NCBI GenBank assembly: GCA_001643675.2
Contig: LSRY02000037.1
Location: 434,001-498,000, forward strand
Length of the DNA: 64,000 bases
Source: Monocercomonoides exilis PA203
Lineage: Eukaryota; Protista; Preaxostyla
Direction: 5' to 3'
Below, in pieces: positions 1 to 13,200 of this stretch (positions are counted from its first letter, which is position 1; each line of letters opens with the position of its first letter). A program made the translations under genes and the position numbers. The notes under the pieces were generated by a model. It was not told the origin of the DNA. It saw only the letters and a list, made by a program, of their open reading frames with translations, and ran no database searches.

Positions 1-42
1 AATAAACCATTTTGACAAACATATAAATCATCCATTCAGATA

Positions 43-1714
43 TTCACTGTTCTTGTTAATTGTTAATTCTTTTTGTATTATAGAAAAAAAAAAAGAAAAA
101 CAAAAATTTGATGAATATTTCGTTTATTTTATCATGTTTTTTTTGAAATGCTCCATGAAATTTGAATGAAAAAAACTCTAAAACATATCAATTGTTCACC
201 AAGTGTTGTTTATTGCGGAAGTCCAAAATAAACTGGCATCTTGTCAATGTTCATTATTCCCCACTCACCTCCCTTTGTTTGTCTTGTTTTTCTTGTACAT
301 GAAAGCGGCAATGATTTGTTGTCCAATTTCACAATTCCGATCACTTTTTTGAAGCTTTCTTCAAAGATCTGGGCTGTTGAAAGAGTTTTGTGAAAATCAT
401 TCACAAGTCCACTTTCTTTTAATGCAGAAAAAATGTAGATCGATGAAGAAACTTGCAGAATGGCATTCACTGCAACCCACAAAAGTTGTTCCATACTATC
501 ATGCGTTGAACCTGATCTCACCTGTTGAATTTGAAGTTTCCAAAGTGAAAAAACCAATAAATCCAATGACTCCAACAAATGTGTTGCATTCGGATGTAAA
601 ACCGAAAGCAATATATTTTCATTAGCAAGTCGAGTCAATACGTTGTCCGACAGGTGTATTCGGCACCCATCAAGCATCAACACTGCCTGTGCGTGTTTAT
701 CTGGCAAAATCATTCTTTTGATGTTGACATGAGGAATGAAAACTTTCTCAATCCAGCTTTCAAACAACTCCTTTGTGAAATAAGACGAATTTCCGATTTC
801 CACACAACCATGAATTCCGATAAGATAGCCTTGAGATTGAAGGGATCTTATGTTGAATGGTTTTTGCATCAGAAAACAAGGAGGAACAAAAGTTCCATCA
901 AGCGAAATACAATGAAGCAATGATAACCTTTTTTCTCCTCTGTCAACAGGCGTGTGATCAATTACACGATTTTCATTTGTTCCGACTATAAGGTTCATCT
1001 TTCTTGTATCTTCATAGGCATGATAGCCTGATTCATCAGCATAAAAAAATCATTGAAGAATATTTTCCACGCACATATTGAACCAAATGATTTTTCTAAA
1101 TGATAATGCTTTGTTCCGATATTTTCATTCTTTTTTCTTCTCTCACGCTTGAAGGAACGACCATCAATTCCTCGCAATGCCTTTTTATGAATGAAGAATG
1201 AAAATTGTGAGAAGGCGTTTTATGACAAACTTTCGCAACAACGGCTCTTAGCGTTTTCGGTGTGATTTGCTTTCTTTTATCTCTCAGATTTTTTAGTATT
1301 TCCATGACTCGTTTTTCTTGCTTTCGAGTTATCAACATGTTTTTTTTCTCAAAAACCTTTTTCCTTATATATCCGGTTCTAACCTGGCATACAAGGCTCG
1401 GTGTGCAGTTGAGCGCCTTTGCAATTCGCACGTTAGAAGGAATTTTAACTTTTCTCGTTAAATAAGCGTTGAAGAAGGAACGAATTAATGAAACTTTCGT
1501 TTTTGAAGTGTTTCGAGACAAGAATGATGAAATGAAGTGCAGGTCTAATTTTGGAATTAATTCTGTTAAAACTGTTTCATATGAAAATGCACTAAAAGTT
1601 GAAATATCGAAAGGCATTTCCAATAAAAAGATAGATAAATTTGTTTAACTGAAACAACCATTATAATTAAAGAATTATTGTTGGCAATATTTAACAATTA
1701 ACATGAACGGTGAG
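43..1714 (-). mobile_element. Decayed pogo/Tc5-like (DDE_1) DNA transposon
   Basis: 24-bp imperfect TIRs: 43-66 TTCACTGTTCTTGTTAATTGTTAA vs reverse complement of 1691-1714 CTCACCGTTCATGTTAATTGTTAA (21/24). TA at 41-42 on the left, TG on the right. Encloses a broken DDE transposase. Confidence 0.75.
210..1623 (-). pseudogene. DDE_1 (pogo/CENP-B family) transposase pseudogene
   Basis: N-terminal basic HTH-like ORF (1096-1623), then TAG at 1096-1098 and a frameshift in the A-run at ~1043-1049. Correcting this restores ADESG in frame with ORF 210-998, which has CISLDG, LMLDG and HPNATHLLESLD DDE_1 motifs. Confidence 0.85.
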
Positions 1715-2234
1715 TGACTGTTTCATTATGGTTCAACTTTTCAATTTTTCACTCTCATAACAATCTTTCGGTTTGAATAATGGAATTGAAATAGAACATT
1801 TCCTTTTTTTATTTGATGAATATTTGAATCAAATATTGTGGTTTTGCAATTATTTACAATATTTTTTTATTCTAATACATGAAAAACATAAAGTTAATTC
1901 CAATTCAATTTTTCAACGCACGCAACCTTAAATATTTCAAAATACAAATTCACACGCATTGGATGTATTTAATATTGAAATAATGAAAACTGAAAAAACA
2001 AGTGTTATTATTTTTTATATCATTGCTTTTTTCAGAATGTCGTTGAAGAATAAATTATTATCGCTGAAAAGAAACGCATCGTTCAATTACCAAATAAACT
2101 GCAATTGTTTCAAAACCCCATTTTTGAGATGAGTTCAAGAAGTTTTTATACGGAAATGGAATCATTTCTTTTTGTGATGATTTTTTTCAAGAATGCAAAA
2201 CAAATATTCCTACTGAAAATTTTAACGGAAAATA

Positions 2235-2592
2235 CAGATATTGCACAAAATACCTGACAAGATTGGCTTCACAATTACTACAAGATGAATAATTCTGACA
2301 ATTTTCCTCAAAATATATCTCATCAATACAAACTCAATTGATACGCTAGACTTTAAATATAGCTTCATTTGTGCTCAGAAATATCAATATTTATAATCTC
2401 GGAAAAATTGGATTTTGAGTTTCTCCAAAATTTCAAAAATAATTTTTTCTGAGCTCAAGCGAAGCTGCCCTGAAAGTCTTGTATGTCACGTGAGTTTGTA
2501 TTGATGAGATATATTTTGAGGAAAATATTCTAAATTATTCCTCTTGCAGTTATCGAGAAATCGATCTTGTGCGGTATTTTGTGCGATATCTG
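2235..2592. mobile_element. Palindromic MITE, family A copy 1 (CAGATAT...ATATCTG ends)
   Basis: Imperfect ~100-bp inverted arms (2235-2336 vs 2491-2592, e.g. TTTTCCTCAAAATATATCTCATCAATACAAACTCA and its reverse complement). TA at the left end. A related copy lies at 29998-30375. Confidence 0.75.
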
Positions 2593-2593
2593 A

Positions 2594-2610
2594 ATATATA
2601 TATATATATA
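2594..2610. repeat. (TA)n microsatellite
   Basis: ATATATATATATATATA between the MITE and the foldback element. Confidence 0.8.
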
Positions 2611-3918
2611 GGGTGGTTTTTTTATCTTGACAAGAATTAAAAATTAAAATATCTCAACAAATATTCAATATTAATTTTCAGAAATATGCATAGTTGTTTA
2701 TATGTATGTATGACATCTATTCATATACAAATTTTTATAAGTTGTGTTTTATTTATGAAAAAATAAATAATTTTGATTTTTGAAAATCCGGCTTTCAATG
2801 CGTGTGTAAAAGATGATTTTAATAACACGATTCAATTCATCTTTTACACACGCAACTTATTTTTTCTATGTTATTAACAATTCTGGTTATTTTTCATTTT
2901 CGGCCATTTGCTCCTTCTGATGAAAAAAAAACTATCATTTTGAAAAATCATAATCAATGGGACAACTAAAAAAATATTTTTTGCAAAACACAAAGCATCC
3001 AAGTGAATTTAACACTTGCATTAATTAATACATTAGTTACATGAAATCACTTCAAAGCTATAATTCATAATGATTCAGTAGGAATTACAAAAAATGATAT
3101 TTGGGTGATTATTTTTGATATCATATTTTTTCATTAAAAAAATTACGGTTCAAAAATATCCCTTGAATATTAATAAATGAATACAAAAAAAGTGAAATGG
3201 TATGTTTGAGACATCTTCATCTTTATTTCAGCAAAAACATTTGTTTTTAAAACAGTTGTGACAAACGTTCAATTTGAATTCAAAATCATTTTTCAATGAC
3301 AAACAACCCTTGAAAAATCAATACACCGAAAAAAATTAAGATTTCAAAAAGAATCACCCATTTATTCAAATTTCAATGATATTGAAAATAAAAAATCAAT
3401 AATTATCAAAACTCATAACATTTTCAAAATATTCACTGAACCATTTTTAATTACAACTTTGAAGTGATTTCATGTAACTAATGTATTAATTAATGCAAGT
3501 GTTAAATTCACTTGGATGCTTTGTGTTTTGCAAAAAATATTTTTTTAGTTGTCCCATTGATTATGATTTTTCAAAATGATAGTTTTTTTTTCATCAGAAG
3601 GAGCAAATGGCCGAAAATGAAAAATAACCAGAATTGTTAATAACATAGAAAAAATAAGTTGCGTGTGTAAAAGATGAATTGAATCGTGTTATTAAAATCA
3701 TCTTTTACACACGCATTGAAAGCCGGATTTTCAAAAATCAAAATTATTTATTTTTTCATAAATAAAACACAACTTATAAAAATTTGTATATGAATAGATG
3801 TCATACATACATATAAACAACTATGCATATTTCTGAAAATTAATATTGAATATTTGTTGAGATATTTTAATTTTTAATTCTTGTCAAGATAAAAAAAAGT
3901 CCGGATAAAAATTTACCC
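2611..3918. mobile_element. Non-autonomous foldback element, ~1.3 kb, ~440-bp inverted arms
   Basis: 2617-3057 is the near-perfect reverse complement of 3457-3897. Termini are TA|GGGT ... ACCC|TA. No ORF in the ~400-bp spacer. Confidence 0.85.
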
Positions 3919-4106
3919 TATATGGAAAAATTTTATTGAAAATGAAAAATAAAAAAAAAAATATATTTATATTTTGTGAAGAATATTTCTAAACACAAAT
4001 AATTTAGGAGCATTTGTATATTCATCCCACATTAAATTTATTAATTTTTGTAAAACAAATTAAAAAAAGATTTTTTGAATACTGCAAACAACATATTATT
4101 TTCTGA

Positions 4107-4780
4107 ATGGATCCTGATTTAAAAGATTATTTTTTGGAGCAAGAGAGACTTTCAGATAAAATTTTTATTGGAAAAAGTCAGGTATTACAATAAAAGAAGA
4201 ATAACTTTCTTCGGAAGCATATTTTTGAAGTTTCCTTTTCTTTTTGCGTTTGATCGATTTCCTCCTATATTTATTTTAATTTTTGCGTGTTTGTTTTTGC
4301 AATTGATTTGAATTAATAAAGATCGTTGATTTGGATCGCGCAAGACAATCAAACAGAGAAAGTATGTCACGTTTGCAGAGACACAAGATGCCAGACGAAC
4401 CTAACAAGCATTGGGTGCAAGTTGGCTCGCTGTGGTTGAAGATGGAAGAAAATAAACTCGAAGCAAATCTTAAAGAAAGTTATATTTTGCTTTTTCTGTT
4501 TTTTTCCAAATCTTTCCCTTTTGTAATTTTTGCCTTCTTCAGAACAAGAGCAACTTTCCAGAAAGATAGATTCACTTCGAAACAAAGTTAGAGACGAAGC
4601 AATTAAATTGGAAGAATTGCAAGATCCAGACACCATTGCAAAACACTTCAATCTCAAAGTCTGTGTTGTTCTTTTAATTTTAATTTTAGTAAATCTCCAT
4701 TCATTTTCAATATGTGTTATTTTTAGTCTCTTTCTAAAGATGAACTACAGTCTTTTTATCCTTCACGAAACGCATTTTGA
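4107..4780 (+). CDS. PDRG1: PDRG1-like prefoldin-like subunit (R2TP/PAQosome), 4 exons, 133 aa
   Basis: Exons 4107-4181, 4322-4478, 4543-4658, 4727-4780 join through GT-AG introns with consistent phase. The product has IVDLDRARQSNRE...HWVQVGSLWLKM...HFNLKSLSKDEL, matching the recalled PDRG1 pattern IVDLD-x-x-R-N-x-NRE...FNL-x-x-L-x-x-DEL. Confidence 0.8.
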
Positions 4781-5785
4781 AATATGCCAATTATTCAAAT
4801 TTGTAAGACTTTTCACACATATCACTTCACAACATTTCGCAAAAATGAAAACATATGCGTTTTTCCACCCCTTAGTCAAATTTCTAATAATGAAATACTG
4901 AGAATGCAAAAGACTGAAATGTCTACAAAATTAATTTTATTTCTTTGAAAAAGCTTGTTAAAAACATTTCACTCAATAATCTTGAAGAGGACATATTGTT
5001 CCGATTATGTATTTAAATTTCAAGAGAAAAAAATCGTGTTGATTGTTATCGATTCTTTAAATAATCAAGAAAATGTTGATTAAAACATTAAAAAACAATA
5101 TGAACCTTAAAAGTTGAATTTCGCTCATTATTTTTTTATAAAAATTTGAAAGGAAAAGGAGAGAGACACTTGACTCCCTTTACAGATCACAATAATAAAA
5201 ATTGAATAAAATACAGGACATTTGATTTTTCAGGTTGTTTGTCAATAACGAATCAAATAATACATTCAAAAAATGTTTCAGTGTAATCATTGAGGACTAT
5301 TTATGAATGCTCTTTCAGAGAATAAAAGCACAATTCGGTTATTTTTTAAAATCAAACGAAACCAGTTCGTTTTTTCGCCTCTGAATTTCCATTCATCTTT
5401 CTCTTTCTCAAAACTTTCTTCTTAAAGAAAAAATGAATTAAATAAGTGAATGATTCATGAATGCTCCTATTTTTTTTGTTTTATAAAACTGAAAAGATTA
5501 TGAAAATACATACACAAAATGAGGTGCTCTATAAGCGAAAGAAGATGTCATCTTCAAACCATGTTGCTAATTTTCATAAAATATGCTCATTATCTCTTTC
5601 TCAATCTCTTTCTCTCTTTCTCTTTCCCTCGCCCACTTTCTCTTACTCTTTTTTCTCTTCGAATTTATCAATCGTATTTTACTTCTTTTATCCTTCTCCT
5701 TCATTTCTGATTTAAAAATAAAATAAAATAAAATAAAATAAAAAAACAAAAAGATTCAAAATAAGTTCTCTAACAAATACGTTGT

Positions 5786-8700
5786 TCATTTGATGTTCTT
5801 CTTCTTCTTCTTCTTGCTCCTTTTCCCTTGCAAACCTCCCTCGCTTTCCAAAAGTTCTTTGAGCAACGAGCTCAATTCACCACCATTGACCCTGCCGTCT
5901 TTCTCTTCTTCCTCTTCCTCCTCGTCTTCCTCGTCTTGCCTTTCTCCCTCTTTTTTGTCTTCTTCTCTCACTTCTTCATTTTTCCTTTGTTCATGCTTTG
6001 CACATGCAACTTTCCGTACTTTCAGATGCACACCATTCCCATCTTCCTTTTTTCCCTCTTTCCCTTCTTTCACCTTCTCCTTCTTCTCCTTTTCCTCCTT
6101 CTTCTCCTCTTCTCTTTCATATTCATTCCCCATTTCTTCAATCAAGTTCATAATCTTCTCTTTCTCTCCGTCTGTCCAGTTCATTCCATCTAACTCGTCC
6201 AATCCCATCTCCCTTTTCTCCCTTTTTCCCCCTCTCTTCCCTTTTATCTTCAAATACCTCTCCCGAAACTGCCTCAGTGCTGAGCCTGCAAAGCTTATCC
6301 CCTCTTCTTTTACTTCTTCTTCTTTTGCTTCTTCTTCTTCTTCTTCTTTTTCCTTTTTTGCTGCTGATTTTGTCATCACATTTGATTGCTGTTCTTCAGA
6401 TTGAGATGAATATTCGTTCGTGAATGGTTCTTTCTCAATGGATAGCTCTTCATCCATTAAGGAAGTTGACATCAATGAAGAAGAAGAAGAGGAGGAGGAT
6501 GAAGAAGATGATGACCATAGCAAAGGCTGCATATCTTCATTCTCTTCATTATCATCATCTTCTTCTTCATCATTGCTATCTTCCAAATTGTCATATTCAC
6601 GTCCTTCTTCTTCTTCTTCTTCTTCTTCTTCTTCTTCTTCTTCTTCTTCTTCTTCTTCTTCTTCGTTGTCTCCTCCATTTATATCATTAAAACCTTCAAA
6701 GTCTTCGTTTTCTGCTTCAACATCTTCTTTTCCTTCCTTTCCTTCCATCTTCATTATGTCTTCCACTTCTTCTTTATCTTCTTTTCCTTCTCCTTCTTCT
6801 TCCTTTTTCTCTTCTTTATCTCCTTCCTTCTCTTCTTCTCCTTCCTCCTTTTCTTTCCCTTCCTTCCCTTCTTCTCCTTCTTCTTCTCCCTCAAAATCCC
6901 ATCTCGCTCCTCTTGCTGCTCCTCTTGCGTTCTTCACCCGCGCCTTCTCCAACGAAATCCAAATGTTCTTTAGCACAAAATCTGCTTCACCTTCGCCATT
7001 TTCTGGCAAAAACATCGGAATCACTTTCATCTTGGCAATGGCTTTGCTATTTCCTTCTCCTTCTCCTTCTTCTCCTTCTTCTGACTTGTCGATTTTATAT
7101 TCTTCTCCTTCTTCTTCTTCTTCCTCTTCCTTTTCCACATCTTTTTGATCTTCTTCCTCAACTTCTTCATCTTCTTCCTTTTCACTTCTTTTATCTCCGT
7201 CAACTTCTTCTTCCTTTTCCTCATCTTTCTCATCCTCTTCATCCTCCTCCTCCTCCTCTTCTTCTCTATTCTCCTCTTCCTCTTCCTCCTTCACATTCTC
7301 TTCATTTATCTTCTCCTTTTCCTTCTCCACAACATCTTCTTTTTCATCTTCTTCTTGTTCAAATAGATCATCATCTTCTTCTTCCTCTTCTTCCTCTCTT
7401 TCTTTCTCATCTTCTTTACGTTCCTCTTTCTCTTCTTGTATATCCAGTTCTCTTCTTTTCCTTTCTTTATTCATTTCTTCTTCCTCTTCTTCCTCTTCCT
7501 CTTCTTTTTCCTCTTCCATTCCTTCTTTGACTTCTTTGAATTTTTCTTCTCTTTCTCCTTCTCTTCCTCTTCTTCCTCTCTGCTCCTCTATGAACATTGG
7601 CTGAGCATTCGCTAAATGAGAATTTATCAAAAACGACAAATCTGTAGATACAGAAATAACATCTGGTTCTTCATCATCATCGTCATCTTCTTCTTCTTTC
7701 ACTTCTCTTCCTCTTCCTCCTTCTCCTTCTCCTTCCCCCATCTTCTTTATTCCCCCTTCTTCATCCTTCTCCTTCTTCTCCATCCCCTCTTCTCCTTCTC
7801 CTTCTCCTTCTCCTTCTCCTCCTTCTTCTTCCCCTAATTCCCCTTCTTCCCCTTCTCCTTGTTGCATCTGCATCTGCATCTGCATCTGTTGCATAGGCGA
7901 ATCTTCAGGTGTGTGGAAGGCGTGCTCTGTTGAGACAGAAGAAGGAAAGAAAGCTGACATTATTGGCTCGCCGCTTTTGAGTGGCACAATTGGAATGTTG
8001 ACAAGAGAGAAGGAACCAATTGATTGGGTTTCATCGTCAAAAGAGGAAGAAGAAGAGGAGGAGGAGGAGGAGGAGGAAGAAGAAGAAGAAAGAAATGCGT
8101 TTTGTTTAGGCAGCATAATTTGGGAAAGAGGAAAGCGGAAGAAAGGTTGAGAAGGCTGCGGTTGAGACAGCTTAGGAAACATTTGCTGTTGATTTTGTGG
8201 AAAACTGCCTAAATTCCACATTCGATTGAGTGAATTTATGTCTTTCTCTTTTTCCTTCTCTTTTTCCTTCTCTTTCTTCTTCTTCCCTTCCTTCTTTGAT
8301 TTCTTCTTTTCTTCCTTCTCCTTCTCTTTCTCCTTCTCTTTCTCTTTCTCTTGCTCCTCCTTCATCTTCCTCATCTTCTCCTTCCTCTCTCTCTGCTCCA
8401 CAATCTTCTCAATCACATCCCTCCCCCCTTTCTTCTGCTCTTCCACTTTCTTGTTCCCACTGAAGATGTCATGAGAAGGAGCAAATGGAGAAATCGGAAC
8501 ACAAATTCGGCTGGCGGTGTGTTTCAATGCGGCCGAGGGAAGAAGCGGCTGAGGCTGAAGAGGAGGGGCAAGAGTGGAGAGAGAAGAAAGAGAAGAAAGA
8601 GGAAGGGGGCGTTGGGAAGAAGAGGAAGAGGAAGAGGAAGAAGAGGAGGAGGAAGAAGAGGAAGAGGAGAAAGAAAAGGAAGAAGACAAAGAAAAAGGTG

Positions 8701-8910
8701 ATGACGTTGAAGGAAGATGGTCAGAAGGAGATGAAAAGAGAGATGTGGAGATTGCTTCGGCTGTTGTGACTGCGGCTGAATGAGAAGAAGAAGAGGAGGA
8801 GGAGGAGGAAGAAGAAGAAGATGATGTTGAGTTGATTGGCAAAAACTCAGGAGAAGCAACATCTGGCTTGCTATTTGGGAGGGAAAGAGAAGAAGAAGAA
8901 ATCGAGGAGG

Positions 8911-8941
<31 letters not shown>

Positions 8942-10255
8942 TGGCAAAGAAGAAGAAGAATGAACAATTGAATCAGCAGATGTTGTAGCAATATTCAAAC
9001 CACTACCACTGCCACTGCCACTGCCACTACCAACAACATCAACATTGCTTCCATTGTTAGCATCAGCATTATTATTGGATGTAACTGCACCATTGGATAA
9101 ATCAGGTGAAGTAGGAGAAAAAGAAGGAGGGGTGAGTGACACAGAGAGAGAAGATAAAGTGTGGAAGGAAACATTGCTGAGTCTGTCATCTGTGATTAGA
9201 AGGCCGCTGAGGTTGGGCGAAGATTCGGGTGTTGGCTGAGAACGAGAAAATGAATGTAATTGAGAATTTGAACTGGAAGATGAACTTGAACAAGATTGTG
9301 ATTGTGATTGAGATTTGGTTTTAGCTTTGACTTTGGAGTTGACTTTTGCCTTAACTTTTGCCTTTGATTTTGCTTTTGATTTGGATTTTGGTTGGGGAAG
9401 GACGGGGAAAGAGATTGAGGGGTTCATTGAAGATAAATATGAGGAGGAGGAAGAGGAGGACGAAGAAGAAGAGGATGCTGTTGTTGTTGTTGGAATAAGT
9501 CCTGGGTTGATAATCAAGTTTGGTGCAATTCCTGGATTGGCTAATGTATTTGGTGAAGTCATTGAATTAATAGAAGAGGGGGAAAAAGAAGAAGAAGAAG
9601 ATGATGATGATGAAATAGAAGAAGAAGATGAAGAAGAAGAAGAGGAAGATGAAGCAGAAGAAGAAGGATCTTGATTAATCTCTGAAAGCACAGCCGGCAG
9701 CTGTTCAGGGGCGATGGAGACGTATTGCGGCTTTGGTGGTTTGAGCGGGCTTGTTTGAGAAAGAGCAAGAAGAGAGCCACTTTCTGGTAGAGAAAGACGT
9801 TTTGGTTGAGAAGAAAACGAAGAAGAAGAAGAAGAAGAAGAAGAAGAAGAAGAAGAAGATGATGATGATGATGATGATGAAGAAAGTGGAAGAGAAGAAA
9901 GAGAAGGAGGAGGAAAAGAAGAATGAGAATGCGAACGAGAAGGAGAATGAGAAGGAGAATGAGAGGGAGAAGAGGAAGGAGAAAAAGAGAAAGAAGAGAA
10001 AGAAGATGAACGAAGATGAGTGGGAGAGGAAGGAGGTTGGAGAAGAGTAAAAGAAAGAGGAATATCAGGAGAAGAAGAAGAGGAAGAGGAAGAAGAGGAA
10101 GAAGAAGATAAAGTTGAATCAGTTGCATTGGAAGAAACAGAAAGAGGTGTGTCGAAAGGCAAAGGAGAATAAAAAGGCGACAAAGAAGTGCTTTGTGGAA
10201 GGGATGCTGTGACTGATGAGGTGATTGCTGAGTTTAGAGCATTTGGGAGGGAAAG

Positions 10256-10288
<33 letters not shown>

Positions 10289-13200
10289 GTAGGAAGAAGA
10301 AGAAGAAGAAAATGATAATGAGGAGGAGGAAGTGGAAGAAGAGGAAGATAAAGAAAGAGGAGAAGGCATCGTAAGAACAAACGATGAAGCAGTTAAATCT
10401 CCACTTTCCATTGCTTTGTTTTCTATTCCTTGTATTTCACCTCCTTCTTCTTCTCCTCCTTCTCTTCCTTCTCTTTCTCTTTCTCCTCTTCCTTCTCCTT
10501 CCCTCCCCCTCAAATTCTGTCTGTTGTTTATTTGAGATGAAGGAGAAGGCAGTTCTAATATCAGTGGGGGTGTGGCTGTTGCTATTTCTGTGATGGATCC
10601 TTTCATCGAAGGCTGGCGAGGTCTTTTTGTGTCATTGAAACTGCTGCTGTTTGAATTGGTTCGGGTTTTTGGTTTTATATTTGTTTCGTTTTTATCTTTG
10701 TCTTTAGAATTAATTTTGGAATTTGTTTTAGCTTTGGCATAAGTTTTTTGTTTGTTTTGAGTTTTTATTTTGAATTTTGTGTTTTCATTTTCACTGGATT
10801 CTGTTGATTCTTGTTCGTTTTGTGTGTTTTCTTCATCTGCAAGTCCGACAAACGCAGCAAAATCGTTCACTGCTTCGCCAATGATAGAAGAAGAAGAAGA
10901 GGAAGAGGAGGAAGAGGAGGAGGAGGAGGAGGATGATGATGATGAACCAGGAATGATTACATTTGGAAGATATCCTTCCTCTACTAATGTGCAGCATCCA
11001 CTTACTCCATTCTTCACTTTCTTTTCCTTCTCTTTCTCTGCTTCATTCACATTCTTCTCCCTTCTTCCTTCTCCTTCACTCAAACTTAAACTCCTCTTCT
11101 CTGTTGATATCATCTGCCTCTGTGATATTTGTGATATTTGTGATGTCTGTGGTATTTGCATCAATTGCGCTTGATATTGCAACTGACCCCTCTGTTGTTG
11201 CTGGCTTTGCTGATATTGCTGATATTGTTGTAGTTGCTGAAATGGCTGAAAAGACTGGAAAGATTGAAAAGGCGGGAAAGAAGCGGAAGGCAGCACTTCA
11301 GACAGGTCGCTCACTTCCATCAGATCTTCCACAAGCATATCACTCGTCTCTATGCTGTTCCACAACGACTCCTCTTCCTCACTAACCAGCAGCACGCTCA
11401 TGTTTCCCCTCTTCCCTTTCGCCACTTTCGAGCAAAAAGGGATGGCATACACTGTCCCTGGCGTCGTCTTCATCGCCATCACCTGCTGCTCCCATATCTC
11501 TCTGTTCAGCAGCTGAACCCTCTCCCTCTCTGCTGCTGTGCCTATGTCTAAAACTTCCACTTTCTGACTGTCGCTGAAGAGCTGCGTGAATTTCTGCTCC
11601 TGAAACAAGGTTTGACAGTTCAGAACGGCTGCATAAGCTTTCCTCTTCTTCTCTCTGTTGTTGAAGCAGCGAGTGTGAACAGTATCGTCTGTGGTGATTG
11701 TTGAGGTGTCCTTTGTCTTGTCTTCATCAAAATCGGAATTGTCTTTGATTTTTGTTGTTGCTGCTGCTGATGCTGAAGAAGAAGAAGGAGAAGAAGAAGA
11801 AGGAGAAGAAGAAGAAGCTGATGCTAATGGTAATGCTGCTGCTGGAGAGGAAGAAGCAAGTGCACCTGCTGCTGTAGCGGTAGCGGTTCCTATTGCATTC
11901 ACATTTGCGTTTGCGTTATTATTCTGATTTGTAATTGCAGTTGTTGTTCCTACTGTCGTTGTAACATTTGGCTTTGCATATGTATTCGCATTGGAACTTG
12001 TTCTTTTCCCTCTTTCGTTTGCTTCTTCTTTATCATCACTGTTATTGTCATCATATTCTTCACCTTCATCTTCACCTTTTCCAACCTTCCCTTTCCATTT
12101 ACCCTCCCTCCTCTTCTTCCTCTTCTCCTCCATCTTCTCCTTCTCCTTCTCCTTTTCTTTCTCTTTCTCCTTCTCCTCCTTTTCCTTTCTCTCCTTCTTC
12201 TCCTTCTCTTTCTTCTTCATTCCAATATCAAGTCTCCTCAACATAGACAGATTTCTCGCGTTCTGCTTCACCAGCTCTTGCCTGCCGTATTGCTGAAGCG
12301 TTTCGTTGCCTCCTATTCCCAGCGCTTCTCCTTCATCTGCTGCCATCTGAAGAGGATGACGACTTGACAGTTCGGATTGATCTTCTTGTTCTTCTTCTTC
12401 TTGTTCTTCTTGTTGCTTTTGTTGTTGTTTAAGTTGTTTGTCTTGGTTTTGTGATTCATTTTTTCCTTCTCCTTCTTCTTTCTCTTCTTTCTCTCTCTCT
12501 TCTTTTTCTTCTCTGTTCTCTTTTAATTCCTCTTTCTCCTTCTCTTTCTCATCTCCCTCCTTTTCACTTTCTTTCTCCTCCTTCTCCTTCTCTTCATCCT
12601 TCTCCTCTTTTTGCTCCTCCTCTTTCTCTTCTTCTCCTTCTTTTCCTTCTTTTCCTTCTTTTCCTTCCCCTTCTCCTTCTCCTTCTCCATCTTCCTCCTC
12701 TTCCTCCAGCACCTCCGTCTTCTCCTCGCTCTCCAAATAATGCCTCAGCAGTTTCATCTTCTCCACCCCTTTTCTCGGCTTCTCCATTACTTTCTTGTAT
12801 TCCTCTTCTGAAATCACCACACCACTTACGTTGCCTGCAGCTGCAGCTGCAGTTTGGGCAGTGTCTTTATGCGTAGCTATAGCTGTATGAGAAGCTATTG
12901 CTTGGGCCGAAGCAGAAGCTGAAGCTGAGTCTAAAATAGAAATATGAGAGCGAAGATTCATCTTCTCCATCATCGCTTGATGAACTTTCGATGGAGATGC
13001 ACGAACTTCTGGATGGTCTAACATAATTGTGTTCAAAGGATTGGAAAGGATCAATGAATTGGATGGGTTGTAAGTATTAATGGCATTCAGTTGATTCAGC
13101 TGGTTCAGCTGGTTGAGCTGGTTGAGCTGGTTAAGATGGCTTAGAGGGCTTATCTGATTGAGCTGAGTGAATTGTGCGAATGGATTTAAATGGTTTAATT

